64,000 nucleotides of DNA from an uncultured delta proteobacterium (GTDB lineage Bacteria; Desulfobacterota; Zymogenia; Zymogenales; Zymogenaceae). The DNA lies in the NCBI GenBank assembly GCA_963735595.1, contig CAVTLK010000002.1:736001-800000 (forward strand), in the 5' to 3' direction. Made by a program: the position numbers and the translations under genes. The notes under the pieces are model-generated. The model did not search any database and was not told where the DNA came from. It was given only the letters and a program-made list of their open reading frames with translations. Positions 41,723-53,752 of this stretch are shown in pieces (within the stretch, counting starts at the first letter, position 1; each line of letters starts with the position of its first letter).

Positions 41723-43896
41723 CTACCGGCGCCGCGTACGGCGGGCAGGGGATGCCACGCTGATGAACGACGTGACCTTCTCAAAGATCTCGTCGCCGCC
41801 CCGATAAACGATCCCGTGGTACGGGCTGTCCACGATCATAACCTCTTTGACCTGAGAAGAAATAGCGTCCCGATACTGACGGGCGCCCTCGGTGTCGACG
41901 GCGGGGTTATCGCCGCCCTGGATGATGAGCGCGGGGACGGTAACGGCCGGCAGTTGACGTATAACCTCCCGAACCAGTACGCGGATTTGGAACATCCCGT
42001 GCGCCGGGTTTTTCGGGTAGGTGAAGTGGGGATTTTCCGATTCCTTGTTCGACGAACTCGATGGGCCGTTCCTTGAGCCGCATCTTACGCAGCAGGTGGT
42101 CGGCCGCGTCTACGATCGGGACTGCCGCAGCATACCGGCCCTTCGGGCGCATGGCGGCCGAGATCGAAACGATGCCGGAAAGTCCCGGCGGATTGGCGGC
42201 GGAGAGCAGCCACCCAAGCAGCCCCCCCATCCCAAATCCGCAGACAAAGACCTCATCCACCATCCGGGAAAGGATCGTGTACCCGTAGCGCACCGAATAA
42301 TACCAATCGCGCCACGTTCTCGACGCCAGGTCCAGGACGGACGTCCCGTGGCCGGAAATACGAACGTTATAGACGGTAATGCCCTGCCGGCTCAGGTGCT
42401 CGAGGAGCGGTCGCATCTGCTCGGGAGACGCCAGGTACCCGTGAACCAGCAAGACCCCGACCGCGGGGTCGGCGAAGTGGAAAGCCGGCATTCCGAAACG
42501 CATTTCGCGCGACTCCTCCTGGTTATAGAACCGGGTATAGTCGTCGAGGTAGCGATCCTGATCACCCCGGATGAGCGCGTCGGTCGCGCGTTCTGCGGCC
42601 GCCTTCCGGCTGATTCTCAGGGCGGCGTCCACGGCCTTATTGCCGGCGTGAGCGGTTCGATCTCGTTCTTTATGACCTCGATAGTGTTCAGGAGCCTGAT
42701 ATCATGAAAGGCATGGGGCCATTTGAACTCCTTTTCCCTTATGATGAGGTCTTCCGGTCGTTCTTTTCAAGGAGTCCCTCACGAATCCCCATGGACAGAA
42801 AATCTTCGAGGATTGACTCGCCCCAGACGACCATTGCGTGGGGATTGTCGGCGATCGTCTTGTGACAGACGATACGGGGGATCTCCCGTATCGCGAGGGC
42901 CGCACAGAAGACGCGGTTCTTGATGTCCTCCCACGTTTCCCGATATTGCCTGCGGGCCGTCATGGAAAAGAGGAGCCGGGAGATGAGGTGATCGGGATTA
43001 ACGGTGACCAGCCCATAGATATCCCTCATATAATCGGTCATCACGGCCTTGACGGTCCTGTTGAAGGCGCCCGTCTGCCGGCCGCGGAATACCGGGGTGT
43101 AGTCTTTCTCGCTCAACCATGCGGCGTACGTCGCAGCTGACCGGGGCGGGCCGAAGTTAATGGTTATCTCCGCCCCCGATCTTAAAAATGAGCTTTCCAC
43201 CACGAGTTCTTCCTCGAACCGCTTGGGGAGCACGCCCCTGGTCAACAGCGACACCAGCTTTTCAACGGTTTCGGAAAACCGTGTCTTGAGAAAACGCTGC
43301 GGCCAGTAGGTGATGTTGACGGGAACGATCCTGACCTCAAAGGGCGCCAGGCTCTCCAGGTCAAAGATCTTCGTGAGCCGGTATCTCTCGGCAAAGTCGC
43401 TCAAGAAGCCCGCCGCCAGCTGGGCCTTGAGGGCGATGACGGCGGCGCCGGTATGGGGAGGTCGGTGAATATTCGTATCGGGTTCGTGGAGCAGGAAGCG
43501 GCGGGCGCTCATGACCTTGCGATCCTTGACCATCTCGCCCTCGGGAAAGATGATCCAGTTCTCGCCGGAAAGCAGGCTCTTTACGGCAATCGTATCCCGA
43601 TCGGAGATGTTGACGGGTACTGAACCGACGGCCTCCATGAATCGCCTCGGCAGCGACTCAAAGACGTAACGCGCGGTAAGCGAACGGGGGGGCGTGCCCA
43701 GCCGCTTGCTTATGACATAGGGGAGGAGTACTGTCTCGATACGGGTGTAGTGGTTGCAGACGAAGATTACCGATCCTTTGGGGACCGTCTCGATTCCGTT
43801 GACCGTGATGGTTACGCCGGCCAGCTTCAGCGCGCCGCCGATCAAGAGGTCAAGGACCCGGGTCGTAATTGAGCTGATCTTCGCGAGGTCGGGCAT
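41723..43896 (-). CDS. PlsC-like acyltransferase fused to alpha/beta hydrolase (hydrolase probably inactive); frameshifts near 42745 and 42040
   Basis: NHYTRIE, FPEG, HTGAA; VHGYLASP, GFGMGG, SPYHG; colinear with 43977-46145. Confidence 0.8.
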
Positions 43897-43976
43897 GCTC
43901 CGATTCCCTTGGGAAGCGGTACGGCGCCACCGGGCGTGTCCCGGTTCTTTGCCGTCCGCGGCGTTGGGCGTCCGGA

Positions 43977-46145
43977 TTACATCGATATCCAGTGATGGGA
44001 GGGTTTGACACCCTCTTCGGGATCGGTGATAAACCGGTGTACACGGTCAAATATGGCGTCACCTCCCCGATAGACAATCCCGTGGTAGGGGCTGTCGACC
44101 CAGACCAGCCCCTTGGTCTTCGAGCCGACGGTGTCGTAGTACTCCTCGGCGCTCTCCGGATCGACGGTCGGGTCCTTTCCCCCCTGGATGATGAGTGCGG
44201 GAATCCTGATCTTTGGCAGTTCCTTTTTGACGACGCCCACCAGTTCCAGGAGCTGGTCCACCCCGTGAACGGGATTTTTAAAATAATTGATATGGGGATT
44301 CTCCGGATGGTTCGCGATGAATTCCACCGGGGTCTTTCCCATTCCGCAGAGCTTCATGGCGTCGTCCACAAGATCAATGAAGGGGGCGAGGAATGAGGTC
44401 CGGCTCTTCAGGATCATGGCTGCCGATATCGAGACGATGCCCGAAAGCTTTGGGGGATTGGCGGCCGCCAAATGCCACGAGATGGCCCCCCCCATAGAAA
44501 AGCCGCAGACGAATATCTTGTCGACCAGGGTCGTGAGAATAGTATAACCGACGCGGGCGGTGTAATACCAGTCCTCCCAGTCTCTTGTCGTCAGGTCGTA
44601 GGGCGATGTCCCGTGGCCGGCAAGCCTCACCGCGTAGACGGTAAGCCCCCGGGCGACCAGGTGTTCATAGAGCGGGCGCATCTCCTCCGGGGAGGCCATG
44701 TAGCCGTGCACGAGGAGCACGCCAACCTTCGTATCCCCGATATGGAGCCTGGGAACCCCGAATTTCTTTTCCTTGGATTCTCCCTTGACGTAGAAGCGTG
44801 CCCAGTCCATGAGGTAGCGGTCCTCCTGCCCCGATACGAGAGCCCGGGTCGTGGCCTCGGCAAGGGCCGGCGGACCAAGTGAGAGGGTCCGTTCTATGGA
44901 ATTCGCGACGTCCTTGAGGGGCTTTATCTCGTTGGTAATCACCTCGACCGTATTGAGCACCCGCGCGCCGCGGAAATAGTCGTGCCACTTGAATTCCTTT
45001 TTATTCAGCGACAGGCGGCCGTCCTTCATCGACACAAATCCCTCGGTCTTTCCCATTTCGAAGAAGTTATCGAGGTGCCGCTCACCGACGGCAAGCAGCG
45101 ATTCGGGGCGCTCCTGGATGAGCTCGTGAAACGAGAGGTTGGGAAGATCGCGCACGCCGAGGGCCGCCAGGTATACGCGCCGCTTCACGTCTTCCCACGA
45201 ATCCGTAAGGAGGTTCCTGTCGACCATCGTCGTGAGAAGCCGGGTGATCAGGTGATCCGGGTTTATCGTGACGAGCCGGTATATCTCCGCCATATAGTCG
45301 CTCGTCATTGACTCCACGGCTCCGGAAAAGAGGGGATTGGGCGCGTTTTTCAGGACCGGGTAGGCCTCCTTTTCAGCCAGCCATACGGAATAGTGGGAGA
45401 TCTTCTTCGGCATGCCGAAGTTAATGGTAACCCGGGCCCCTCTGGAGAGGATGGAGCTTTCAAGCGCGAGCTTCTCGTCGTGCCGGTGTGTGCGGCGGCC
45501 CGTTTCGAGCCGACCGAGGAGCTTCTTGATCCGACGGGTCAAGAAGGTGTTGGAGTAGCGCACCGGCCAGTAGGTGACGTTCACCGGAACGATGGTCACC
45601 TCAAGAGACGAGAGGGAATCGAGCCCGAATACCTTCGTCAGGTGGTACTCCCGGATGAATTCGTTCATGATCTTTGCGGCCATCTGCGCCTTGAGGCCGA
45701 TGGTCGAGGCCTTCGTCTGCGGGATTTCCTCGCCCGGCTGGCCGGGCTGCTCCGCGTATATGCCGATCACCTCCCGGCCGAGCGTTCCCTCGGGGAAGAT
45801 GACCCAGTTCTCGCCGGAGATCAGGCTTTTGGCCGCGATGTCGTCAAGATCGGGAAGCGATGCCGGCACCGAACCGATCCCTTCCAGGAGCTTTTTACCG
45901 ATCGCCTCGAACACGTACTGGGCCGTGAGGATGCGCGGGGTCTGCTGCTTGGCCCGGTAGATGGCGTAGGGCACCAGCAGGGTTTCGGTCCGGGTGAAGT
46001 GGTTGGCGATATAGATCACCGACCGGTCGGGCACCTGCTCCAGGCCGTTGACGACCAGGTCGACCCGCGCAAGCCGTAAGATCCCGTTGATCAGGTGCCC
46101 CAATATGCCCGTGCGCAATCGGCTGATAGGTTTGAGATCGGCCAT
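43977..46145 (-). CDS. PlsC-like acyltransferase fused to alpha/beta hydrolase (esterase/lipase)
   Basis: NHFTRTE, FPEG; VHGYMASP, GFSMGG, KDPTVD, SPYHG. Confidence 0.85.
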   Translation of the reverse strand: MADLKPISRLRTGILGHLINGILRLARVDLVVNGLEQVPDRSVIYIANHFTRTETLLVPYAIYRAKQQTPRILTAQYVFEAIGKKLLEGIGSVPASLPDLDDIAAKSLISGENWVIFPEGTLGREVIGIYAEQPGQPGEEIPQTKASTIGLKAQMAAKIMNEFIREYHLTKVFGLDSLSSLEVTIVPVNVTYWPVRYSNTFLTRRIKKLLGRLETGRRTHRHDEKLALESSILSRGARVTINFGMPKKISHYSVWLAEKEAYPVLKNAPNPLFSGAVESMTSDYMAEIYRLVTINPDHLITRLLTTMVDRNLLTDSWEDVKRRVYLAALGVRDLPNLSFHELIQERPESLLAVGERHLDNFFEMGKTEGFVSMKDGRLSLNKKEFKWHDYFRGARVLNTVEVITNEIKPLKDVANSIERTLSLGPPALAEATTRALVSGQEDRYLMDWARFYVKGESKEKKFGVPRLHIGDTKVGVLLVHGYMASPEEMRPLYEHLVARGLTVYAVRLAGHGTSPYDLTTRDWEDWYYTARVGYTILTTLVDKIFVCGFSMGGAISWHLAAANPPKLSGIVSISAAMILKSRTSFLAPFIDLVDDAMKLCGMGKTPVEFIANHPENPHINYFKNPVHGVDQLLELVGVVKKELPKIRIPALIIQGGKDPTVDPESAEEYYDTVGSKTKGLVWVDSPYHGIVYRGGDAIFDRVHRFITDPEEGVKPSHHWISM

Positions 46146-46389
46146 GTATTATTTTCCCCTTCCTTTGCGTATATCATAACACAAATAGACGTAACACGAA
46201 TGGGAAAATTGAAACGGAGGACACGGGCGGCACCGGGAAGTGCGTTCTGAGGGAAAGAAGGTTCGCAGATTGTTCGGCGATCCGTTCGGCCGCCGAACGG
46301 CGGGCGCTCTCGACGCTTGCAGTGGGGCGTACCGTGTGGTATCGTATCGTCGGTATCAGGTGGGTTATTGCGCATTACGGAGACGACCG

Positions 46390-46950
46390 ATGAGAATAAT
46401 AGTTCCAATAGCCGCCGTGCTGTTGCTGTGGGCAGTACCGGCGGCGGGTCAAAGCGGTGAGCTAATCGATACCCCGTCAGAGAAATACGGCTACGCCCTT
46501 GCGCTTCCCGAGGGATTCGCCCCGACCGGCGCCGTTTCCGACACGACCATGTGGACCTTCGTGCCGGAATCGCCCGCCGTCCCGCCCGGTTCCGCCGATA
46601 AAACAGAAGGGACCCTCACCATATGGGTTAATCGTATCCCGGTCGAGACGAAGAACCTCGCGGGGCTCTACGCGGTCGGCAGGAGATACGACGCCGACTC
46701 CATCAGCTCCCCCGGCGCGGCGATCCGCGACCTCAGAGACCTTACGGTCGAGGGGGGCTACGGCTATTGGTACAGGGAGGCCGATAAATCCGAGCCGGCC
46801 GCCAACCACCGCTGGATTGCAAAGGTCTTCGGCAACGGCGCCGTCTATACGATCTGCGTGGCGGCCCCCTTCGGCGAGTTCGAGGCATGGGGACCCGTAT
46901 TCGAGCGGGTCATCGTGAGCTTCAGGCTAGTCTCGACGAAGGCGGAATAG
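46390..46950 (+). CDS. Secreted hypothetical protein (PsbP/Mog1p-like pattern)
   Basis: Signal peptide, YGYALALPEGF, FERVIVSFRL. Confidence 0.55.
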   Translation: MRIIVPIAAVLLLWAVPAAGQSGELIDTPSEKYGYALALPEGFAPTGAVSDTTMWTFVPESPAVPPGSADKTEGTLTIWVNRIPVETKNLAGLYAVGRRYDADSISSPGAAIRDLRDLTVEGGYGYWYREADKSEPAANHRWIAKVFGNGAVYTICVAAPFGEFEAWGPVFERVIVSFRLVSTKAE

Positions 46951-47253
46951 GGCATGGGTCCGCCGATACGTTTTTCTGCCCGCCGGCGCGGGGGAATTCC
47001 GCATGCATCCGGCAGTGCTTTTTAGTTCTTGACACCTTCCGTTAATTACCCTACCATGCTTCTTATCTTTTCCGTGCGTGCGGCACCCTGCCGTACAAAA
47101 ACCCGCATAACATCTCGGCTGTCGATTACAGCGATTCTCGAGCATACGGTACGGCGCGTCCCAGCGCCGGTTCTTCTCTCGTGAGAAGGGTATTACGCGG
47201 CGGTCCGCTGCAGCTTACGAACACGACGTAACTATTCCTTTGAGAGGTGCGGT

Positions 47254-48480
47254 ATGAAACTTGAACTCCCGGAGCTTATCTGGTACGGCAACACGACGAC
47301 GGTCATCGATTTTCCCGACTCCTGGGACGTGACGTTTTCGAACATGCGCGGCGCGCGGCGGCCGCCGCTGACCGTGGGCCAGATTGAGGCGGCGATAAAG
47401 AAACCGATCGGCTCTCGGCCGCTTTCTGAGATCGCACAGGGCAAGAAGAGCGCCGTGATCGTTTTTGACGACATCACCCGGCCCACCCGAACGTGGGAGA
47501 TAGCGCCTATCGTCATCCGGGAGCTTGTTGCAGGCGGTATCGACGAGCAGGACATCACGTTCGTCTGCGCCCTGGGCAACCACGGCGCCCACACCAACCA
47601 CGAGTTCAGAAAAAAACTGGGCGACGATATCCTCGAAAAATTCCGCGTCTATAACCACAACCCCTACGAAAACTGCGACTACGTCGGGACGACCAGCAAG
47701 GGCACAAAGGTAATGGTCAACCACGAAGTCATGCAGGCCGACGTGAAGATCGGGATCGGCTGCGTGACGGCCCACCCGCAAACCGGTTTTTCCGGCGGCG
47801 GCAAGATTATCCTGCCGGGCGTGGCGCACTACGACAGCTCGTCTCATTATCACATCGAGGTCTACGCGCAGGACCCGGGAAGCTGCGGCCTTGGCAACTA
47901 CGATAAGAACATCATGCGCATGAACATCGAGGAAGCGGCGCGCATGGCAGGGCTCGATTTCAAGATCGACGTCATCGTCAACGACCGGGGGGCGACCACG
48001 GCGGTATTTGCCGGTGATTTTGTCGAGGCGTATAAGGAATCGGTGAAGCTGGCAAAGGACGTATACGCCGCCGATCCCCGGCCCCGCGGCAATAACCTCG
48101 TCGTCTGCAATGCCTTTGCCAAGGCCAACGAGATGGCCATCGCCATCCTGTGCGGGGGAATGGCACTGGACAGCTTTTCCGGGACCGTAGCGATCCTCGC
48201 AAACGCCCCGGAGGGCCAGGTAACCCATTACCTGCTGAGAAGCTTCGGGAGAAATTACGGCGGGCGCCAGTATCCGGTGGGGATGATCCCCCCGTCGCTT
48301 GACGTCATTATCGTCACCCCGCATCCGGACCGCACATTCGGCGACTGGGTTAGAAACCCCGAGGTAATCACCTGGACGAAGAGCTGGGCCCAGACCCTGG
48401 GGTTGTTGAAGGAGAAGCTCGGCGACAGCCCGAAGGTGGGGGTGCTCCACGACGCTACGATGATGTATTTTGATTCGTAA
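47254..48480 (+). CDS. LarA-family (nickel-pincer lactate racemase-like, DUF2088) protein
   Basis: FDDITRPT, ALGNH, HN, HPQTGFSGGGKIILPG. Confidence 0.85.
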   Translation: MKLELPELIWYGNTTTVIDFPDSWDVTFSNMRGARRPPLTVGQIEAAIKKPIGSRPLSEIAQGKKSAVIVFDDITRPTRTWEIAPIVIRELVAGGIDEQDITFVCALGNHGAHTNHEFRKKLGDDILEKFRVYNHNPYENCDYVGTTSKGTKVMVNHEVMQADVKIGIGCVTAHPQTGFSGGGKIILPGVAHYDSSSHYHIEVYAQDPGSCGLGNYDKNIMRMNIEEAARMAGLDFKIDVIVNDRGATTAVFAGDFVEAYKESVKLAKDVYAADPRPRGNNLVVCNAFAKANEMAIAILCGGMALDSFSGTVAILANAPEGQVTHYLLRSFGRNYGGRQYPVGMIPPSLDVIIVTPHPDRTFGDWVRNPEVITWTKSWAQTLGLLKEKLGDSPKVGVLHDATMMYFDS

Positions 48481-48498
48481 TATATTTAGGAGTAGTGT

Positions 48499-49812
48499 AT
48501 GAAAGGAACAAAAGAATCACACGACACGAAGGACTTTGCGGTCTCCCGGGGCTACGCCTACTACGTCTTCCTCCTCCTATTTCTCCTCTATCTCTTTAAT
48601 TATGTCGATAGGATGGTCATCGCCTCGCTCTTTCCGTACCTCAAAATCGAGTGGGGGCTGACCGACACCCAGTGCGGCTGGTTCGCATCGATCGTCACGC
48701 TGATGATGACGATCTTCGTATTCCCGGTTTCCCTCCTCGTGGATCGTTGGAGCCGAAAAAAGGCGATCGTGCTCATGGGGGTCCTGTGGGGGATCGCCTC
48801 GGCGGCCGGTGCGTTTACCCGGAACTTCGTTCAACTTATCTTCGCCCGCTCGTTTGTCGGCCTCGGTGAAGCGGCCTTCACCTCCGGCGGACACGCCATG
48901 ATCGCGGCCTACTTCCCGGAAGAAAAGCGGGCCACCATGAACGGGCTCTTCACGGCGGCCATCCCCATGGGGACGGCCATCGGCGTGATCCTCGGCGGCG
49001 TTATCGCCGAGTCGTTGGGGTGGCGCTACGCCTTCGGGATCATGGCGATACCGGGGATCATCGTGGCTATCCTGTTCTACTGGGTCAAGGACTACAAGAC
49101 CGTCGCTATTACAAAAAGGGACCATTCGGCCGATGGACTCGTGCATGTGAAGATGAAAGCCGGCGACATCGCCAAAGAATTTCTCCACACCCCGTCGGTG
49201 CTCTTCACGTACCTCGGTTACGTAGGCAACACGTTCGTGACGACGGCGCTCATGACCTGGCTTCCGACCTACTACCACCGGGTGGATAATCTCCCGATGG
49301 ATAAGGCGGGCATCAAGACGTCGGTCGTTTTCCTGTTGGCGATTATCGGCGCCCCGATCGGGGGGATTGTGATCGACAAACTCCGCAAGCGATGGCTCAA
49401 CGCCCGGATGAGTATTCCGGCGATCACCTCGCTGCTCGTGGCGATCTTCCTCTTTATCGGGTTCTCCTTCTTTGTGGGAAAGGCCCAGTACATCTTTCTG
49501 CTCCTGTTCGGATTTTTCGCGCCGATGTTTGCGGCGGGGGGCTCTGCGGTGACGCAGGACGTCGTGCACCCGGGGCTGCGCGCATTCTCGTACGCACTGG
49601 CGCAGTTCTTCATGATGGCGCTGGGCTATACGCTTTCCCCGATCTTCGTCGGGGCGATCTCCGACCGCTACGACCTCTTGACGGCTTTCCAGTTTCTGCC
49701 GCTGTTCGCGCTGTTCGGGGCGATCGTCTTCTTCATCGGGTCGTTCTACTACGTGAAGGACTTGCATAAGGTGGAGCGGGTTGTGCTCAAGGAAGAGGCG
49801 AAAACGAAATAG
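48499..49812 (+). CDS. MFS transporter (Spinster-like)
   Basis: NYVDR, DRWSRK, GLGEA, 12-TM pattern. Confidence 0.9.
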   Translation: MKGTKESHDTKDFAVSRGYAYYVFLLLFLLYLFNYVDRMVIASLFPYLKIEWGLTDTQCGWFASIVTLMMTIFVFPVSLLVDRWSRKKAIVLMGVLWGIASAAGAFTRNFVQLIFARSFVGLGEAAFTSGGHAMIAAYFPEEKRATMNGLFTAAIPMGTAIGVILGGVIAESLGWRYAFGIMAIPGIIVAILFYWVKDYKTVAITKRDHSADGLVHVKMKAGDIAKEFLHTPSVLFTYLGYVGNTFVTTALMTWLPTYYHRVDNLPMDKAGIKTSVVFLLAIIGAPIGGIVIDKLRKRWLNARMSIPAITSLLVAIFLFIGFSFFVGKAQYIFLLLFGFFAPMFAAGGSAVTQDVVHPGLRAFSYALAQFFMMALGYTLSPIFVGAISDRYDLLTAFQFLPLFALFGAIVFFIGSFYYVKDLHKVERVVLKEEAKTK

Positions 49813-49842
49813 AGACGGGTTCTCAAAAGATACCTGAAACTC

Positions 49843-49874
49843 ATAAGGCCGGGGCGGCAACTCCCCGGCCTTAT
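49843..49874. terminator. Hairpin between convergent genes
   Basis: ATAAGGCCGGGG...CCCCGGCCTTAT. Confidence 0.6.
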
Positions 49875-49977
49875 CTTATCCGCATATTACCCCGTCACTA
49901 CTCTATACCACCCCAACGTCACTTCACAGCGCGTCGCGGCCGTGCCGGCCTCACGTGTGCAGCCAATAGGGCAGGGG

Positions 49978-50599
49978 TTATCCTTTCTTAGCTTTTTTTC
50001 GGTAGACCGCGGCGATGCGCTCGGTGAGCCGCGTGATACGCTCGGTGAGGGGGCTTTTGAGCGCCTCATTGACCTCGGGGGAGTCGCCCCGGTATGCCAC
50101 GCAGGAGTCGATCATCTGGGGGCGGGCCGTGAGAAACCACTTGGTGCGCTCGGTGTGCGTCATCTGGTCCAGAAGGTCATCGAAACTCTCCCTGAGCGAG
50201 AGGTACTGTCCCTGGATCGAGGCGTGGCACGCCTCCATGACGAGGTTGGTCAGGTGGCTGCACCCATCCTTGCCCCCGATGGTCTGTTCCATACGCTGGG
50301 TCAGGCCCTTCTTGATCTCGAGCCCGACGGCCCGGGGGAGCACCGAAAGGGCATCCGCGCACCGCTCGTGCGGGATACGGATCGGAGCGTCCGCGGATAT
50401 CGGCGATAACCATGTCGGGAATCGTGATGTCGAGAACGACCTCCATCTCGTGGTAATTATCGGCCATGTGGGCGGTGATAATGATAAACCCGTCCTTGAG
50501 GTGGATGTCGACGTTTTTCTTTCGATTAAAAACGGCGGCCCCGCCGTGGGAGACGCCTTCAGGAGTCGCGCTCTTCGTATCGTCGGATCGGGTGCTCAT
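49978..50599 (-). CDS. DUF2889-domain protein; frameshift near 50385
   Basis: D.YHEM, P...C, GGKDGCSHL, IDSC.AY. Confidence 0.7.
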
Positions 50600-50644
50600 G
50601 GACGTATCGGATACCTTTTATTTATTCGGTGGCGGGAGACATCA

Positions 50645-52030
<1,386 letters not shown>

Positions 52031-52155
52031 TCAGTATACCATACGCGCCGGGGAAGTCAAAATTAAAAGCTCGATATCCCGTATGGATGAATTCCGGTTG
52101 TATTGCATCCGCACGTCTTTCGCGACATGCCGCCGAGGAATTTGATTAGCCCCCG

Positions 52156-53736
52156 CTATAGTCGTACCTGCTGAACGGAAAGCATGTGCGGCAGATTCTT
52201 GAGCTTATCGATCACCGCAGGCGATACCGGGCCGTCAACCGACAGAATGACCAGGGCGTTTCCCCCTTCCTTGTCGCGGGCGAGGTGCATCCGGGCGATA
52301 TTGACGCTGTTTTCTCCCAGCGTCGACCCGATGCCGCCGATGACGCCCGGTTTGTCGAGGTTCGTGGTGACCAGGAGTGTCCCCTCCGGGAAGGCCTCCA
52401 GGGAGAAGTTGTCAATCCTGACGATCCGCGGGCTGTCGGTGCCGAAGATGGCGCCCGAAATAAGCCGCTCCCCTTCCTTCGTCTTGGCCCGCAGCGTGAT
52501 CTGGCCGGAAAAGCCCTCCGCCTTCTCGCTCTTTGCCTCGACGATCTTGATGCCCCGTTCCTTGATGATAATGGGGGCGCTGACGTAATTTGCGGCCTCT
52601 TCCAGAATAGGGTCGAGAATCCCCTTGAGCAGGGCCACGGTAACGGGGGGTGTCTCTATTGCGGACGCCTCTCCCTGGTATTCGATGGTAAGCTGCTCCA
52701 GGCCGACGAGCCCCAGCTGGGAGAGAAACGATCCCATCTTCTCTGCAAGGTTGATATAGGGCCTCAACACGGGGGCCGACTCGGGGCTGACCGACGGCAT
52801 ATTAACGGCGTTTCTGACGACGCCCTTGGCCAGGTAATCGACGATCTGCTCGGCCACGGCCACCGCCACGTTCTCCTGGGCCTCTTCGGTGGAGGCGCCC
52901 AGATGGGGCGTAAAGATAATCCGATCGTCCTTGATCAGGTCACCGGGCTCCGGGGGTTCCTTGACGAAGACGTCCAGGGCCGCCCCTGCGACGATCCCCT
53001 CGTTCAACGCCCAGAGGAGGTCGGCCTCGTTCACGAGGCCGCCGCGGGCGCAGTTGATGATAAAGACACCCTTCTTCATTTTCTTGAAGGCGTCCTTGTT
53101 GATCATCCCCATGGTCTCATCGCTCTTCGGGATGTGGACGGTGATATAGTCTGAGCGGGCGTAGAGATCATCCAGAGAGACGGTCTCGACACCCATCTTG
53201 GAAGCGACTTCCGGGTTGATGAAGGGATCGGCGGCGATTACATGCATTTTCAATCCCAGAGCCCTGTCGGCAACAACCCGCCCGATATTGCCCAGCCCGA
53301 TTACTCCCAGCGTCTTGTTGAAGACCTCCTTGCCCATGAACTTCTTTTTTTCCCACTTGCCCTCGCGGATCGACGCGGTGGCCTGGGGAATAAACCGGGA
53401 TATGGAGAGCATCATCGAGACGGCGTGCTCCGCCGTGGTGATGGTATTGCCCCCGGGGGTGTTCATCACGACGATTCCCCGCTTGCTGGCAGACGGCACA
53501 TCAACATTATCGACGCCGGTACCGGCTCGGCCGATGACCTTGAGGTTAGTGGCCGCCTCAATGATATCGGGTGTCATCTTGGTGGCCGACCTGATGGCGA
53601 TTCCGTCGTATTTGCCGATGATCTCCTTGAGGCCCTCCGGCTTGAGGCCGGTGATAACGTCTACTTCGATCCCCTTGGTCTTTTTAAATATCTCGACCGC
53701 CTTTTCGGACATGCTGTCGCTGATGAGGACTTTCAT
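52156..53736 (-). CDS. serA: D-3-phosphoglycerate dehydrogenase with ASB/ACT domains
   Basis: GRAGTGVDN, GLGNIG, NCARG, TPHLGAST, DKPGVIG. Confidence 0.96.
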   Translation of the reverse strand: MKVLISDSMSEKAVEIFKKTKGIEVDVITGLKPEGLKEIIGKYDGIAIRSATKMTPDIIEAATNLKVIGRAGTGVDNVDVPSASKRGIVVMNTPGGNTITTAEHAVSMMLSISRFIPQATASIREGKWEKKKFMGKEVFNKTLGVIGLGNIGRVVADRALGLKMHVIAADPFINPEVASKMGVETVSLDDLYARSDYITVHIPKSDETMGMINKDAFKKMKKGVFIINCARGGLVNEADLLWALNEGIVAGAALDVFVKEPPEPGDLIKDDRIIFTPHLGASTEEAQENVAVAVAEQIVDYLAKGVVRNAVNMPSVSPESAPVLRPYINLAEKMGSFLSQLGLVGLEQLTIEYQGEASAIETPPVTVALLKGILDPILEEAANYVSAPIIIKERGIKIVEAKSEKAEGFSGQITLRAKTKEGERLISGAIFGTDSPRIVRIDNFSLEAFPEGTLLVTTNLDKPGVIGGIGSTLGENSVNIARMHLARDKEGGNALVILSVDGPVSPAVIDKLKNLPHMLSVQQVRL

Positions 53737-53752
53737 GTAATCGGACTCCTGT

